Shown: positions 53,310 through 63,444, counted from the stretch's first letter. The stretch: DNA of 64,000 nt from Minisyncoccota bacterium (GCA_028714635.1 JAQTLZ010000002.1:121841-185840), one strand, 5' to 3'. The notes: generated from the letters alone by a model not told the origin. Made by a program: numbers and translations.

Positions 53310-55558
53310 TACAGTAGTTCTTTGGGAGTGGCTTCTTCCGAAGTATCGTCTTCTCCGATTTCTTCTCCTGCATCACTCGCGTCTCCTCCCATTACTTCTC
53401 TGGCCTTTGCTCCGCTTCCCGCGCCGATTACTCCGTTTTCTTCAAGCATGTCGATGAGGCGCGCTGCTCTCGCATACCCGACTCGCAGTTTCCTTTGGAG
53501 GTATGAAGTGGAAGCTTTCCCAGCTTTGAGCACTATCTCGCGCGCCTCTTCGTAGAGAGGATCTTCGTCGGCAGGATTTTCACCGTCTTCGAGATTAGAA
53601 GAAAAGGCAACATTTTTTTCAAGAGCTTCCGGAGAAAGGTTTATCTCGTTCGGCAATTCATCTTTGTATTGATCGACGATAAATTTCACCACATTCTTCA
53701 CTTCGCTTTCTGAAATAAAAGGAGATTGAAGCCGGAGCGGTTTGGACATTTCTCCTGAAAGATAGAGCAGGTCTCCGGCACCAAGGAGTTTCTCTGCTCC
53801 TCCCGTATCAAGAATGGTTCGAGAGTCAATTTGCGACGAGACCTGGAGTGCTACTCGAGCGGGGATGTTCGCTTTGATAAGTCCTGTGATGACGTCTACC
53901 GAAGGACGTTGGGTGGAAAGTATAAGGTGAATTCCAACAGCTCGGCTCATTTGCGCGAGGCGAACAATAGACGCTTCAAGTTCTCGTGGATAGGTGGTCA
54001 TGATGTCAGCGAGTTCGTCGAGAACAATGACGATATACGGCATTGTTTCTGGGAGCTGACCCGATTCGACTGGAGCTGTTTCGCCTTTATGTGCTTCCAG
54101 CATTTTTTTCTGTGCTGGAGCAAGGATATTTTTATGGTATGACTCAATGTCACGCACAGACTCCGCCTCAAGAATGTCATAACGGCGATCCATTTCTTTC
54201 GCTGCCCATTTGAGGGAGAGGATGGCTTTCTTCGCTTCGGTAATTACGGGAGTGAGAAGGTGGGGAATTTTGTTATACAAAGTGAGCTCAACACGCTTCG
54301 GGTCTATCATAATAAATCGAAGGCTTTCAGGAGAGTTCCGGTAGAGAAGGGAAGTGATGAGCGCGTGGATCGCCACTGATTTTCCAGAACCAGTCGAACC
54401 GGCGAGGAGGAGGTGTGGCATTTTTGCGATGTTTCCAAAATGTGCTTTTCCAGAAACGCTTTTCCCGAGGCCGACGAGAAGAGCTTTTTCAGAAGACTGA
54501 AATTCTTCCGTGCCGAGAATGGTCCCAAGTCCGACAGTTGTCTTATCGCGGTTTGGTATTTCAATTCCAACGAGCGATTGGCCGGGAATCGGTGCTTCGA
54601 TACGGATGCTTTTTGCTGCAAGCGAGAGCGCAAGATCATTCTGAAGTGCGACGATCTTCGAGAGCTTTACTCCTTCGGCGGGCTTGAGTGAATATCGAGT
54701 GACCGAGGGGCCGATCGATATTTCATCCATCTCCACAGTGATTCCAAAGTTTTGGAGGGTTCTTTTTATGATATTCGCATTCGCTTTTATATCTCCCACT
54801 CCAGGCTTTCCCTTGTCCTCCTCAAGAAGAGAGAGTGGGGGAGGGGTGAAGGGTCGCATGCTTATGTATGACTTATGAGGAGCATCCATTTCCTCCTTTA
54901 CTTTTCGCGATAGTGGAGGAGTGTCTCCGGGCTTTTCAATTTTGTAAACCTTCTCGGCGTCATCATCATTTGGCACTTCTTTCGCGAGCTTCATCCGCAT
55001 TTCGTCCTTTTTGGTGAGTCCAAGCACGCTTACCTTAACTTCCTTCTCCTGCACCTCTCTTTTTTTGAACAAAGAAACAAACCAAGACCACTGAAGCGGA
55101 GTATCGAGAATTACGAGAAGGGAAATAATAATGACCACAAAGAGAAGGAAGACGCTTGCGTAGAAGTCAAAAAATGTAAGGAATGGGGTTGAGACGATTT
55201 TCCCGACGATCCCAGCTCGAAAAGGAGCGAGGAGATCGAGGACTCCGAGACCTGCGAAAAAGAAAAAGAGCGAACCAAGTATTCTCGAAAGGACAAAATG
55301 CCCGGTAGCTTTTTTGATCGAAGAAAATCCGAGAAGGATAAAGAGAAGGGGAATAAGAAAATATCCGATGCCGAGGAGGAAGGCGAAGAGTTCATAGATT
55401 GCTTTGCCTACGGGCCCGGCTTTATCCGCACTCGCGAGCAAAAAGAATACAGCTATAGCAAAAAAAACAAGACCAAGTATTGTTTGGGAGGTCTCTTCCT
55501 TTAATCGCAAGGAAGATCTTTTTTCCTCATTTTTTTTCGCCATAATTCTCATCATCAT
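53309..55558 (-). CDS. ftsK: DNA translocase FtsK/SpoIIIE
   Basis: N-terminal 4-TM domain, Walker A LLAGSTGSGKSV, Walker B IVIVLDELAD, C-terminal gamma winged-helix (YLQRKLRVGYARAARLIDMLE). Exact start among MMMRIMAKK uncertain. Confidence 0.95.
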   Translation of the reverse strand: MMMRIMAKKNEEKRSSLRLKEETSQTILGLVFFAIAVFFLLASADKAGPVGKAIYELFAFLLGIGYFLIPLLFILLGFSSIKKATGHFVLSRILGSLFFFFAGLGVLDLLAPFRAGIVGKIVSTPFLTFFDFYASVFLLFVVIIISLLVILDTPLQWSWFVSLFKKREVQEKEVKVSVLGLTKKDEMRMKLAKEVPNDDDAEKVYKIEKPGDTPPLSRKVKEEMDAPHKSYISMRPFTPPPLSLLEEDKGKPGVGDIKANANIIKRTLQNFGITVEMDEISIGPSVTRYSLKPAEGVKLSKIVALQNDLALSLAAKSIRIEAPIPGQSLVGIEIPNRDKTTVGLGTILGTEEFQSSEKALLVGLGKSVSGKAHFGNIAKMPHLLLAGSTGSGKSVAIHALITSLLYRNSPESLRFIMIDPKRVELTLYNKIPHLLTPVITEAKKAILSLKWAAKEMDRRYDILEAESVRDIESYHKNILAPAQKKMLEAHKGETAPVESGQLPETMPYIVIVLDELADIMTTYPRELEASIVRLAQMSRAVGIHLILSTQRPSVDVITGLIKANIPARVALQVSSQIDSRTILDTGGAEKLLGAGDLLYLSGEMSKPLRLQSPFISESEVKNVVKFIVDQYKDELPNEINLSPEALEKNVAFSSNLEDGENPADEDPLYEEAREIVLKAGKASTSYLQRKLRVGYARAARLIDMLEENGVIGAGSGAKAREVMGGDASDAGEEIGEDDTSEEATPKELL

Positions 55559-55759
55559 ATCATATTTTCTTTTTCTTTTGGCGCGGATTTGCTTTATAAC
55601 TTTAAAACTTTACAACTTTATAACAAAATCTCGTCAATAGACGGGTTTGTTTGTCCGATATATAATGGACACTAAGAATCAGAAAAAAATCTCCAAAAAT
55701 CTCCAAAAATTGATAAAGGACAGGTAAGGGAAGTGTAAAAGACAATAAAAGACACAAGA

Positions 55760-56617
55760 ATGGAAGAAAAAAACAATAGTAATTCAAATAACCGAAGTTA
55801 CGATTCTTCACCCAGGAATGAAGAAAATAAGGGATTTTCGGGTAATGAGATTAAAACGCAAGATGGGCACTTTGATTTCTTGTCTCAGAAGTCTCAAAGA
55901 CTTTCCACTGCCCTTTATATGCTCACTAACCTTTTTGAGCAAAACGACCCTCTTCGTTTCAAGCTCCGGGAGATGGCCGTAAAGCTCGTATCGGACACAA
56001 TGTGTCTCATACATTTATCAATAAAAGAAAGAGATCAGAAAATAAAAACAACATATTTTCTCGCGACAGAGATACTCTCTCTGTGCGAGATTGGTTATGC
56101 ATCCGGAATGATGTCGGAGATGAATCACCTCATCTTGAAGAAGGAATTTGGGCTTTTTACAGAGACTTTGCAGTCGAAAAGAGTTCGAAAAGATGAAGAA
56201 AATACTTTCACTATTCCAAGCAATTTTTTCAGCGTGAATGAAATATCGGACAATCATTCCGGGACGCTTCTGAAAGGAGGCAGTTTCGAAAAGGATATAA
56301 TCAAGAATCTTTCCACGGGAGACAAAAGACCCCTCTTGGGTTATAAAGGACATTATAAAAGACATATAGATGTAAAAGACAATAATGTCCTTTATAAAGA
56401 CATCCAAAGGACAGCGCCTGCTGTTGATAGAAGAGAAATGATATTAAAGGCTTTTAGAGATAGAAAAGAAGGCTCGTTGACCATAAAAGACATTGGGGAG
56501 GTTATAAAGGACTGCAGCGAAAAAACTATTCAGAGACAGCTCATTGATATGGTTAAGAATGGTGTCCTAGAGAAACATGGCGAAAGACGATGGAGTTCTT
56601 ATTCTATTAAGAAATAG
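55760..56617 (+). CDS. Hypothetical protein with C-terminal winged-helix-like DNA-binding domain
   Basis: 285-aa ORF, Asn/Ser-rich N-terminus. The C-terminus (TIKDIGEVIKDCSEKTIQRQLIDMVKNGVLEKHGERRWSSYSI) resembles a wHTH. Confidence 0.55.
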   Translation: MEEKNNSNSNNRSYDSSPRNEENKGFSGNEIKTQDGHFDFLSQKSQRLSTALYMLTNLFEQNDPLRFKLREMAVKLVSDTMCLIHLSIKERDQKIKTTYFLATEILSLCEIGYASGMMSEMNHLILKKEFGLFTETLQSKRVRKDEENTFTIPSNFFSVNEISDNHSGTLLKGGSFEKDIIKNLSTGDKRPLLGYKGHYKRHIDVKDNNVLYKDIQRTAPAVDRREMILKAFRDRKEGSLTIKDIGEVIKDCSEKTIQRQLIDMVKNGVLEKHGERRWSSYSIKK

Positions 56618-57399
56618 GATAGCTTAGAATAAACATCTTGATTGCGCGCTCCCTACCATACATGTTCAAAAGTGATCTTGGTCACAATTTACTCTGTTCT
56701 ACGTCATTAAGGGTAGTCATACCCTATTTGGATTGACTTTAAGCCCCTAAATGAGTAGAATCATTGAATGTTGAAATACAACAAAAAAAGGGCCACATAA
56801 GGCCATTTTGGCGTTTTTCAACAATCCTTCTACGGGTGGTTTAATAAGGTCTTATTTTGGGGAAACTGCAGAAATCAGTTATCCACATAAGCCTTATTTT
56901 ACAGCTACGATATGGGGATATATAATTGAGCGGTGAGATAATTTCGCATTCAATTTGCGCAATTTATCCGGATACTGTTCTGTTATATTTGTCCGAGAGA
57001 ACGAAACAGATCATTGACATTTTCATAGAGAGTCCTATTTACAGAATTCCTTATTCTTCCACTCTTTCTATATGAAAGAGGGACACGACATGTTTACGGT
57101 AAGTATTTCAGACCAAAATTCGTTAACTACTTTTTTCATCTTGTGTCGATATATGAGATGGGGAAAATAGTGTAGTTAGAGAGAGTGCTTTGCAAGAAAT
57201 TGCAAAGTTACATATTGAATCATTATCGTTTCCGCATTGAAAAATGTTGAGACGAGATTGATTAAAAGCGCAAATGCATTTTTAGTTCTTAAGTCGAGAC
57301 TGAAATGTGTTTCGCACATTACGCAATCAGGAATAATTTTTTTCTTCATTCATTATTAATAATCTGAAGAGAAAGGTATTTCCAAAAAATTAATAAAAT

Positions 57400-59343
57400 A
57401 TGAATTATAAAACAAAGAGAGTAGTTGCAGGAGTTCTCGGTTTGGCAATGGCAGTCTCAATGGTTGCTGCTGCTGGAGGAGCTCTTACAGCTTTGGCTTC
57501 GTTCGACGTAAACCTTACTGTCGGCTCAACAGGAGCAGATGTAACGGCACTTCAAAACTGGCTTATTGAGAACGGATTTCTCAGTATCCCAGCTGCGACT
57601 GGCTACTTCGGTCCTTTGACCCAATCAGCAGTTGCTGCTTATCAGACAAGTGTTGGTATTACACCAGCAGCTGGTTATGTAGGTCCAATCACTCGAGCTA
57701 AGCTCAACGCGGGCGGTTCAGTTTCTGGAAACTTCCCAGCAGGTTGTACAAGCGCTTCAGGTTACAGCAGTGTAACAGGATTGCCTTGCGCACCGATTGG
57801 TTTCCCAGCAGGATGTACTTCAGCTTCAGGATTTAGTTCAACAACTGGACAGCCATGTTCGGGTGGTGGATCTTTCCCAGCAGGATGTACTTCAGCTTCA
57901 GGATTTAGCACAACAACCGGAATGTCATGTTCTGGCGGTTCATCAGGAGGTGGTTCACTTTCTGGTGGCGCAGGTGAAATAACAGTAACTGCTAAGACAG
58001 CTGGTACAGAAACCACTGTTGGCGAAGGAAAAGAGGAAAAGGTCCTCGGTATGGAGATAGAGGCTGATGATAACTCTGATGCTGAAATCACTTCTATGCG
58101 ACTTATCGCTACTGTTGACACCGATGGAGCAACAAGATTCAACCGATATGTTGACGAAGTAAAGGTATATATGGGAAGCAAAGAGGTAGGTTCATTGGAT
58201 TCATCTGATTTCTCACGAGATGCAGCTGAATTCACTGGAACCATTTCTCTCCATGGTGCCGTCGTACAGAAAGGCGAGAAAGTTCGATTCTATGTCGCTT
58301 TTGTCGCTAACAACATTATTGATTCTGATGATCTAGACAATACGATCAATCTCGTCGTAAGTCGAATCCGATTTACTGACGCTACAGGAGCAATCCTCAC
58401 AAATGAGGACATTGATACTGATGATGTGACCGTATCTTTCGAAGACGCAACAGAAAGTGATGGAGCAAAGGTGCAATCAGACTCTTCTACACCTGATGCA
58501 CAGATTTTGAAAGTTGAAGATAATAGTAGTTCAGAAGAATACCATATCTTCTCATTCAAGATTAAGTCAGACTCAGGCGCATCTGATATGGAGGTCACAT
58601 CGCTTCCTATCAACCTCTCAATCTACAACGCATCTACTACAGCTATCAACACGGAAGACTTGATTGATGATATGTATGTGATGATTGGTGGAAAGAAGTA
58701 TGATGATTACACATTCGACAACACAAGTATTGCTACAGCTAGTACAGAGACCGCTATAGCTACCTTCACCATAGACGAAGGAGATCTAACAGTTGACGGT
58801 GGTACTACTGAGCAAGCTAAGGTGTACGTCAAATTCGGTAGACAAGAAGACAAATACGCTGCTGCTGATACAACAGTTACAGCTTCTGTCGTCGGTTCTA
58901 CTATTGACGCAGAAAACTCTAACGGTGATACCATTGACTTGACTGGTACTGTCACTGGAAAGACAATGACAGCTGCTATTTCTGCTGCTGAAGTCACAGA
59001 CTTCACTTGGGCAGTAGGAACTGGCGGAACATACATAGACTTCTTCTTCACAGTAACAGCTGGCGATGAAGACTTCGATGTTCTTACAGCAAGCATTGCT
59101 TCTTCTACATCTGGTAATGCAACAACATCTTCTGGAACTCTCACAAAGAGCTCTGGCGATGATGTAACTAGCATTTCAGGAGGATTCACTGTCGCTTCTG
59201 GAGATACAACAACGTTCAAAGTTAGATACTTGGTAACAGGTTCTAACGGAACAATCTCAACAGTAACGATTACTTCTGTGGCTGGACAAGAGGTACCTGA
59301 CAACAAACAGGAATCTCCTACAGCAACAAGAAACGTTTACTAA
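57400..59343 (+). CDS. Cell-surface protein: signal peptide + PG_binding_1-like domain + three Cys-containing 20-aa repeats + Thr/Ser/Asp-rich beta region (S-layer-like candidate)
   Basis: Signal peptide. GSTGADVTALQNWLIENGF...GYFGPLTQSAVAAYQ resembles a peptidoglycan-binding domain. Three FPAGCTSASG(F/Y)S..TG.(P/S)C repeats. Translationally efficient codon choice (GCT/ACT/GGT/GAC). Two tandem terminators follow. Confidence 0.9.
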   Translation: MNYKTKRVVAGVLGLAMAVSMVAAAGGALTALASFDVNLTVGSTGADVTALQNWLIENGFLSIPAATGYFGPLTQSAVAAYQTSVGITPAAGYVGPITRAKLNAGGSVSGNFPAGCTSASGYSSVTGLPCAPIGFPAGCTSASGFSSTTGQPCSGGGSFPAGCTSASGFSTTTGMSCSGGSSGGGSLSGGAGEITVTAKTAGTETTVGEGKEEKVLGMEIEADDNSDAEITSMRLIATVDTDGATRFNRYVDEVKVYMGSKEVGSLDSSDFSRDAAEFTGTISLHGAVVQKGEKVRFYVAFVANNIIDSDDLDNTINLVVSRIRFTDATGAILTNEDIDTDDVTVSFEDATESDGAKVQSDSSTPDAQILKVEDNSSSEEYHIFSFKIKSDSGASDMEVTSLPINLSIYNASTTAINTEDLIDDMYVMIGGKKYDDYTFDNTSIATASTETAIATFTIDEGDLTVDGGTTEQAKVYVKFGRQEDKYAAADTTVTASVVGSTIDAENSNGDTIDLTGTVTGKTMTAAISAAEVTDFTWAVGTGGTYIDFFFTVTAGDEDFDVLTASIASSTSGNATTSSGTLTKSSGDDVTSISGGFTVASGDTTTFKVRYLVTGSNGTISTVTITSVAGQEVPDNKQESPTATRNVY

Positions 59344-59387
59344 TCTCTTGTGACTTATTGGGCCCAAAAGCCTAATGAGATGATTAC

Positions 59388-59420
59388 AAAACCGCCCTTC
59401 GGGGCGGTTTTGTTTTGTCT
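59388..59420 (+). terminator. Intrinsic terminator 1 after the surface-protein gene
   Basis: AACCGCCC-TTCG-GGGCGGTT followed by TTGTTTTG. Confidence 0.8.
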
Positions 59421-59453
59421 GGTTTCTCATATAAAGTTGGAAAGGCCTTAAAA

Positions 59454-59488
59454 GCCCCGCCGAGCTTGCTCTCGGCGGGGCTTTTTTG
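59454..59488 (+). terminator. Intrinsic terminator 2 (tandem)
   Basis: GCCCCGCCGAG-CTTGCT-CTCGGCGGGGC followed by T6. Confidence 0.85.
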
Positions 59489-59526
59489 TGGATGTTTTCT
59501 TCCGAGATGGATGGTACACTATTCGT

Positions 59527-59685
59527 ATGTGGAAATACTTCGATAAGACCTTTTTTAAGTTTCTGATAGGTTTTTTGGTCATTCTGACCGCCAGTTTTCT
59601 CCTCCTCATTTTCACCAACGCCTATAAGATAAAAATCGAAGCGCAATCCCAATTCGCCAATCCTCCTTTAGTGCAAGATCAATGA
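59527..59685 (+). CDS. Small hydrophobic protein (52 aa), translationally coupled to the downstream gene
   Basis: Stop TGA overlaps ATG 59682 (ATGA). One TM helix (FKFLIGFLVILTASFLLLIF). The ORF track lists this as 59488..59685 from an ATG inside the terminator T-run; ATG 59527 preferred. Confidence 0.35.
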   Translation: MWKYFDKTFFKFLIGFLVILTASFLLLIFTNAYKIKIEAQSQFANPPLVQDQ

Positions 59686-62600
59686 GACGGCGAGGGTTAC
59701 AAATTTTTCTCCTCATTTTTTCTTCTCTCTGCATTTTCAATATAAACTCTGTAAAAGCGGAGACCGTCATCACCGATTCAGAAATTTCTGTCGATACCAC
59801 ATGGACAAAAGTAAATAGCCCCTATATTATTTCAGGCGATTTGATTATCGATTCAGGCGTGACTCTCACAATTGAACCAGGAGTTATTGTGAAAATGGAA
59901 AACAGCGCTTTGTATGTAGATGGGAAAATCGTCGCGGAAGGCACTGAAAACGAGAAGATATACTTCACCTCGTTTGCAGACGATTCTCTCGGAGGAGACA
60001 CGAATGGCGACGGTGCTCTCACGACACCATCGGAATTCGATTACGACGGCATCAGGTTGTGGGGAAGCGACCCTGGATCACATTTCTCTCATGCAGTTTT
60101 CCAGTATGCTTCAATAGCTCTCGATTTCGATACCACTACTGCCACACTGGATGCTGTCTCCATCGAGCATGGCAATGGAGGAATCTCTGCCTTTAATGCA
60201 GATATTTCTCTTAAAAATTCTCATCTTTTCGATCTTTCATTTGATGCAGTTGATGGATATGGCGCGAGTAAGATACTCGTTGCTTCAAGCATTATCGAAG
60301 ATCTTCAGGGCTCTGCTTTTGGCATGTATAACGACTCGATGCTCATACTCAAAGACTCGACGATAAAAAATCTTCAAGATGGAACTGGTGTGATCTTATT
60401 CGATTCTTTTGCGGATATTCAAGATTCGACTTTTGAAAATATTACTCGGGATGCGGTGGGTGTCTACAATTCGAAGCTTACTTTCAAGGATTCTTCAGCC
60501 AAAGATAATGATTGGGGTTCTGCAATTTATGCGCAAGGCACAAGCGATGTCACCATTTCAGGAAGTTCATTCGACGGCGGTTTCAATTCGGGCGTTGAAT
60601 TTTATGGAAACAGCTGGAGCGGACAACATTCTTCTTTTTCTGTATCAAACTCGACTTTTCAAAATTATCTTTATGCCGGAATAAGTGCGGGGGATATTGT
60701 TTCCGGGAGTATCGCTTCAAGCACAATTCAGAAAAATTTTATCGGTCTTGATGTGTGGAATATCCCGTTGCTCATAAGCGGAAGTGCAATAAAAGAGAAT
60801 GATCTTCTGGGACTTTGGAATGAATCGGATGAAAAAGTAGTTGATGCAAAAAATAACTGGTGGGGAGATGTAGGAGGCCCGTACGAAGAAGTTGGGAATC
60901 CGCTTGGATTTGGAAATGAGGTAATGGGAGCTGTTAATTACACGCCATGGCTTAGCGAAGATCCATTTTTAGTAATAGAGCCGGAGTGCTGTTCAAGCGT
61001 TGCATTTTTGCCGGGAATCGAGGGAAGTAGGTTGTATAAGCAGGGCCTGATTTTTGAAGACCAGCTTTGGGAGCCGAATTACTATAGCGATGTAGAGGCT
61101 CTTCATTTAGATGCAAATGGAAAAAGCAAAGACCCTTCGGTTTACACAAAGGACGTTATTGATAGTGTAAATATTGCGGGTACAAAAATTTACCGAAGTT
61201 TCATGGATGAGATGGATGGTTTGAAAACCGCAGGCACAATATCAGATTGGGAACCGCTTCCGTATGATTGGCGGCTTTCCGCGGATGATACGGTGGCGAA
61301 TCCTGTGAAGCTCGCAGGCGGGGGTACATATTCGATGGTTGCCCAAATTGAAAATCTGGCGGCAAATTCGAAAACGGGGAAAGTCACGCTCATCGCGCAC
61401 AGTATGGGAGGAATTGTAAGCAAAGCGCTTATCAAAGCACTTGAGGCAAAAGGGGAGGCGGGACTTATCGATAAGTTAATTCTGGTCGCCTCTCCGCAGA
61501 TCGGTACGCCACAGACAATTGGTTCGCTTCTGCACGGATACGGAGAAGAACTTTTCCACGGACTTCTGGCGGGCGCAGCCACAATGCGAACATTTGGCGA
61601 GAATCTTTCCGGAGCGTATCAGCTTTTGCCTTCTGCAGAATATTTTACAAAAGTGTCGGATCCGGTTGTTACATTTGATCCATCAATCGATACCGTTTCA
61701 GATTTCAGACAAAAATATGGAGAAAGTATTTCCACCAAAGCAGGACTTCAGAATTTTCTTCTTGGAGCAGATGGCAGAGCAAAACCATCGGCAGAAGATA
61801 TTACCTTGCCGAATATTTTGAATTCTACAATTCTCACAAATGTAAATACACTTCATGACAATATCGATTCATACCAAATTCCGTCGGACATTGCAGTAAC
61901 GCAAATTGCCGGTTGGGGATTGGATACGATAAAAGGAATTAAATATCAGACGAAAGATGTAACAGTCTGCGCCGATAAAGGAGCCTGTCAGACGAATAAA
62001 GAATTGGACATGCGACCAATCTTTACGGAAGATGGAGATGGGACGGTGGTGGTGCCAAGTGCGGCGAAGTTGAATACGAGTAAATATTTTTTTGATTTTC
62101 CCCTCTATAACTCGCAATTTAATATATCTCTTGAACATAAGAACATTCTCGAGTCTTCTGTAATTCTCGATTTTCTAAAAAACAAAATTATCGAAGCGAC
62201 AAGTTCTGCTGATTTCATTACTTCCACAGAACCAGATCCAGTTGATCTTGGCAAACAGATTCGTCTTTCTGGTCACTCGCCGATTTCACTAGATCTCTAT
62301 GATAGCGACGGTCATCACACGGGCCTTATCTCTATTCCTAATTCAGATTTTAATTACGCAGAAGAACAAATTCCGAATAGTTATTATTTTGAACTTGGCG
62401 ATGGGAAGTATGTAGGATTCCCAGATGATAATTCCACAAATGTAAAAATATCTGGCACTGGTATTGGAACTTTTACCCTCGATATTGAACGAGTGGTAGG
62501 AGGCCAGACAACCACAACTTCTTCATACGCGGATATTCCCGTTTTCCCAACAACGCAAGCCTCTCTTCTCGTATCTGCGACTTCCACCACGCTTTCACTA

Positions 62601-62924
62601 GATCTCGATGGGAATGGTGCAGTGGATTTCAATCTAGCTCCGACGCAAGAGCTTGATTCAATCGCGTATTTCAAAGTAATGAAGAATATCATTGCTTCTC
62701 TCAACTTATCTCCTGGCGTTACCAAGCCTCTTCTTGCTAAAATTGATAATGCGATAAAGATGCTTCAGAAAAGCAAGGTGTCAAATGTCCAGAAAAGAAT
62801 TTCTAGTATGTTGCATCAGATAGAAATAAAAAATAAAAAGAAAGTGAATAAAAAAATTGATTCTATCGACGCACAATTCTTGGTTACTATGCTTACTAAT
62901 TTATTAGATAATCTCCCAAAATAA
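59682..62924 (+). CDS. Secreted multidomain protein: N-terminal right-handed beta-helix repeats + C-terminal alpha/beta-hydrolase (LCAT/PGAP1-like lipase/esterase) domain
   Basis: Signal peptide. ~430 aa of parallel beta-helix-type repeats (Gly/Asp/Ser/Asn-rich, repeated 'S.F.' rungs). Lipase-like region with LIAHSMGGIV (GxSxG) and LVASPQIGTPQ. Confidence 0.9.
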   Translation: MRRRGLQIFLLIFSSLCIFNINSVKAETVITDSEISVDTTWTKVNSPYIISGDLIIDSGVTLTIEPGVIVKMENSALYVDGKIVAEGTENEKIYFTSFADDSLGGDTNGDGALTTPSEFDYDGIRLWGSDPGSHFSHAVFQYASIALDFDTTTATLDAVSIEHGNGGISAFNADISLKNSHLFDLSFDAVDGYGASKILVASSIIEDLQGSAFGMYNDSMLILKDSTIKNLQDGTGVILFDSFADIQDSTFENITRDAVGVYNSKLTFKDSSAKDNDWGSAIYAQGTSDVTISGSSFDGGFNSGVEFYGNSWSGQHSSFSVSNSTFQNYLYAGISAGDIVSGSIASSTIQKNFIGLDVWNIPLLISGSAIKENDLLGLWNESDEKVVDAKNNWWGDVGGPYEEVGNPLGFGNEVMGAVNYTPWLSEDPFLVIEPECCSSVAFLPGIEGSRLYKQGLIFEDQLWEPNYYSDVEALHLDANGKSKDPSVYTKDVIDSVNIAGTKIYRSFMDEMDGLKTAGTISDWEPLPYDWRLSADDTVANPVKLAGGGTYSMVAQIENLAANSKTGKVTLIAHSMGGIVSKALIKALEAKGEAGLIDKLILVASPQIGTPQTIGSLLHGYGEELFHGLLAGAATMRTFGENLSGAYQLLPSAEYFTKVSDPVVTFDPSIDTVSDFRQKYGESISTKAGLQNFLLGADGRAKPSAEDITLPNILNSTILTNVNTLHDNIDSYQIPSDIAVTQIAGWGLDTIKGIKYQTKDVTVCADKGACQTNKELDMRPIFTEDGDGTVVVPSAAKLNTSKYFFDFPLYNSQFNISLEHKNILESSVILDFLKNKIIEATSSADFITSTEPDPVDLGKQIRLSGHSPISLDLYDSDGHHTGLISIPNSDFNYAEEQIPNSYYFELGDGKYVGFPDDNSTNVKISGTGIGTFTLDIERVVGGQTTTTSSYADIPVFPTTQASLLVSATSTTLSLDLDGNGAVDFNLAPTQELDSIAYFKVMKNIIASLNLSPGVTKPLLAKIDNAIKMLQKSKVSNVQKRISSMLHQIEIKNKKKVNKKIDSIDAQFLVTMLTNLLDNLPK

Positions 62925-63337
62925 TGAGTCATCGAAAAATTCTAGGGACACTGGTAGTCATAATAACTTTATTGTTTGGCATCGGTTTGTCATTGATGTA
63001 TCCGAATAATATTGGATTGTGTTCTATTGGAGAAAGGTGTGTTTACGATTCAGTATTTTATCTCTGGAAACCTCTACTCTTCAGTCTAATACCTGTTCTT
63101 TTAGTATTGATCTTATTCCTATTTCTTTCAGATAAATTTTTCAATATTTGGTGGAAATTTGCCCTTGTTTATTTTATTCTCGCTTTTTTGTGGATTTCGA
63201 CAACACCCATAATGTGCCGCAGTCTTATCTGTTTTGACCGTGAATATGTGGCGATAGTTTCTGGAGTCGGATTTCTTATCGTTAGTTTCATTATAATCAT
63301 TACAAAAACTGTTCTTCTTCGCAGGAAAAAGATTTAA
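62924..63337 (+). CDS. Hypothetical membrane protein, coupled to the beta-helix/lipase gene
   Basis: ATG overlaps the upstream TAA by 1 nt; four hydrophobic helices. Confidence 0.55.
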   Translation: MSHRKILGTLVVIITLLFGIGLSLMYPNNIGLCSIGERCVYDSVFYLWKPLLFSLIPVLLVLILFLFLSDKFFNIWWKFALVYFILAFLWISTTPIMCRSLICFDREYVAIVSGVGFLIVSFIIIITKTVLLRRKKI

Positions 63338-63389
63338 AACTCGTACCAAACTTTTGCGCTCAAAGGTTCTTTGTTTGGGTGGGTGAGCG

Positions 63390-63438
63390 TAGTTAACATA
63401 TGTTAACTATTGCAATCTTAGTTAACATAGCATATAAT
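63390..63438 (+). promoter_or_regulatory. Operator/promoter: 20-bp perfect palindrome TAGTTAACATATGTTAACTA + third half-site + TTGCAA-16-TATAAT
   Basis: Palindrome 63390-63409; half-site TAGTTAACATA at 63419-63429 inside the spacer; -10 TATAAT at 63433-63438 only 6 nt before ATG 63445. Confidence 0.6.
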
Positions 63439-63444
63439 CGACCC

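Noticed and set aside
55681-55710. Tandem direct repeat AAAAATCTCC x2 near the ftsK/55760 divergent region
   Set aside because: It has only two 10-nt units in an A-rich spacer. It is too short to call a repeat family or CRISPR-like array; it may be a minor regulatory half-site pair.
57762-58244. 160-aa minus-strand ORF inside the surface-protein gene
   Set aside because: It is antisense to a strongly supported, codon-biased gene and is Pro/Glu-rich low-complexity.
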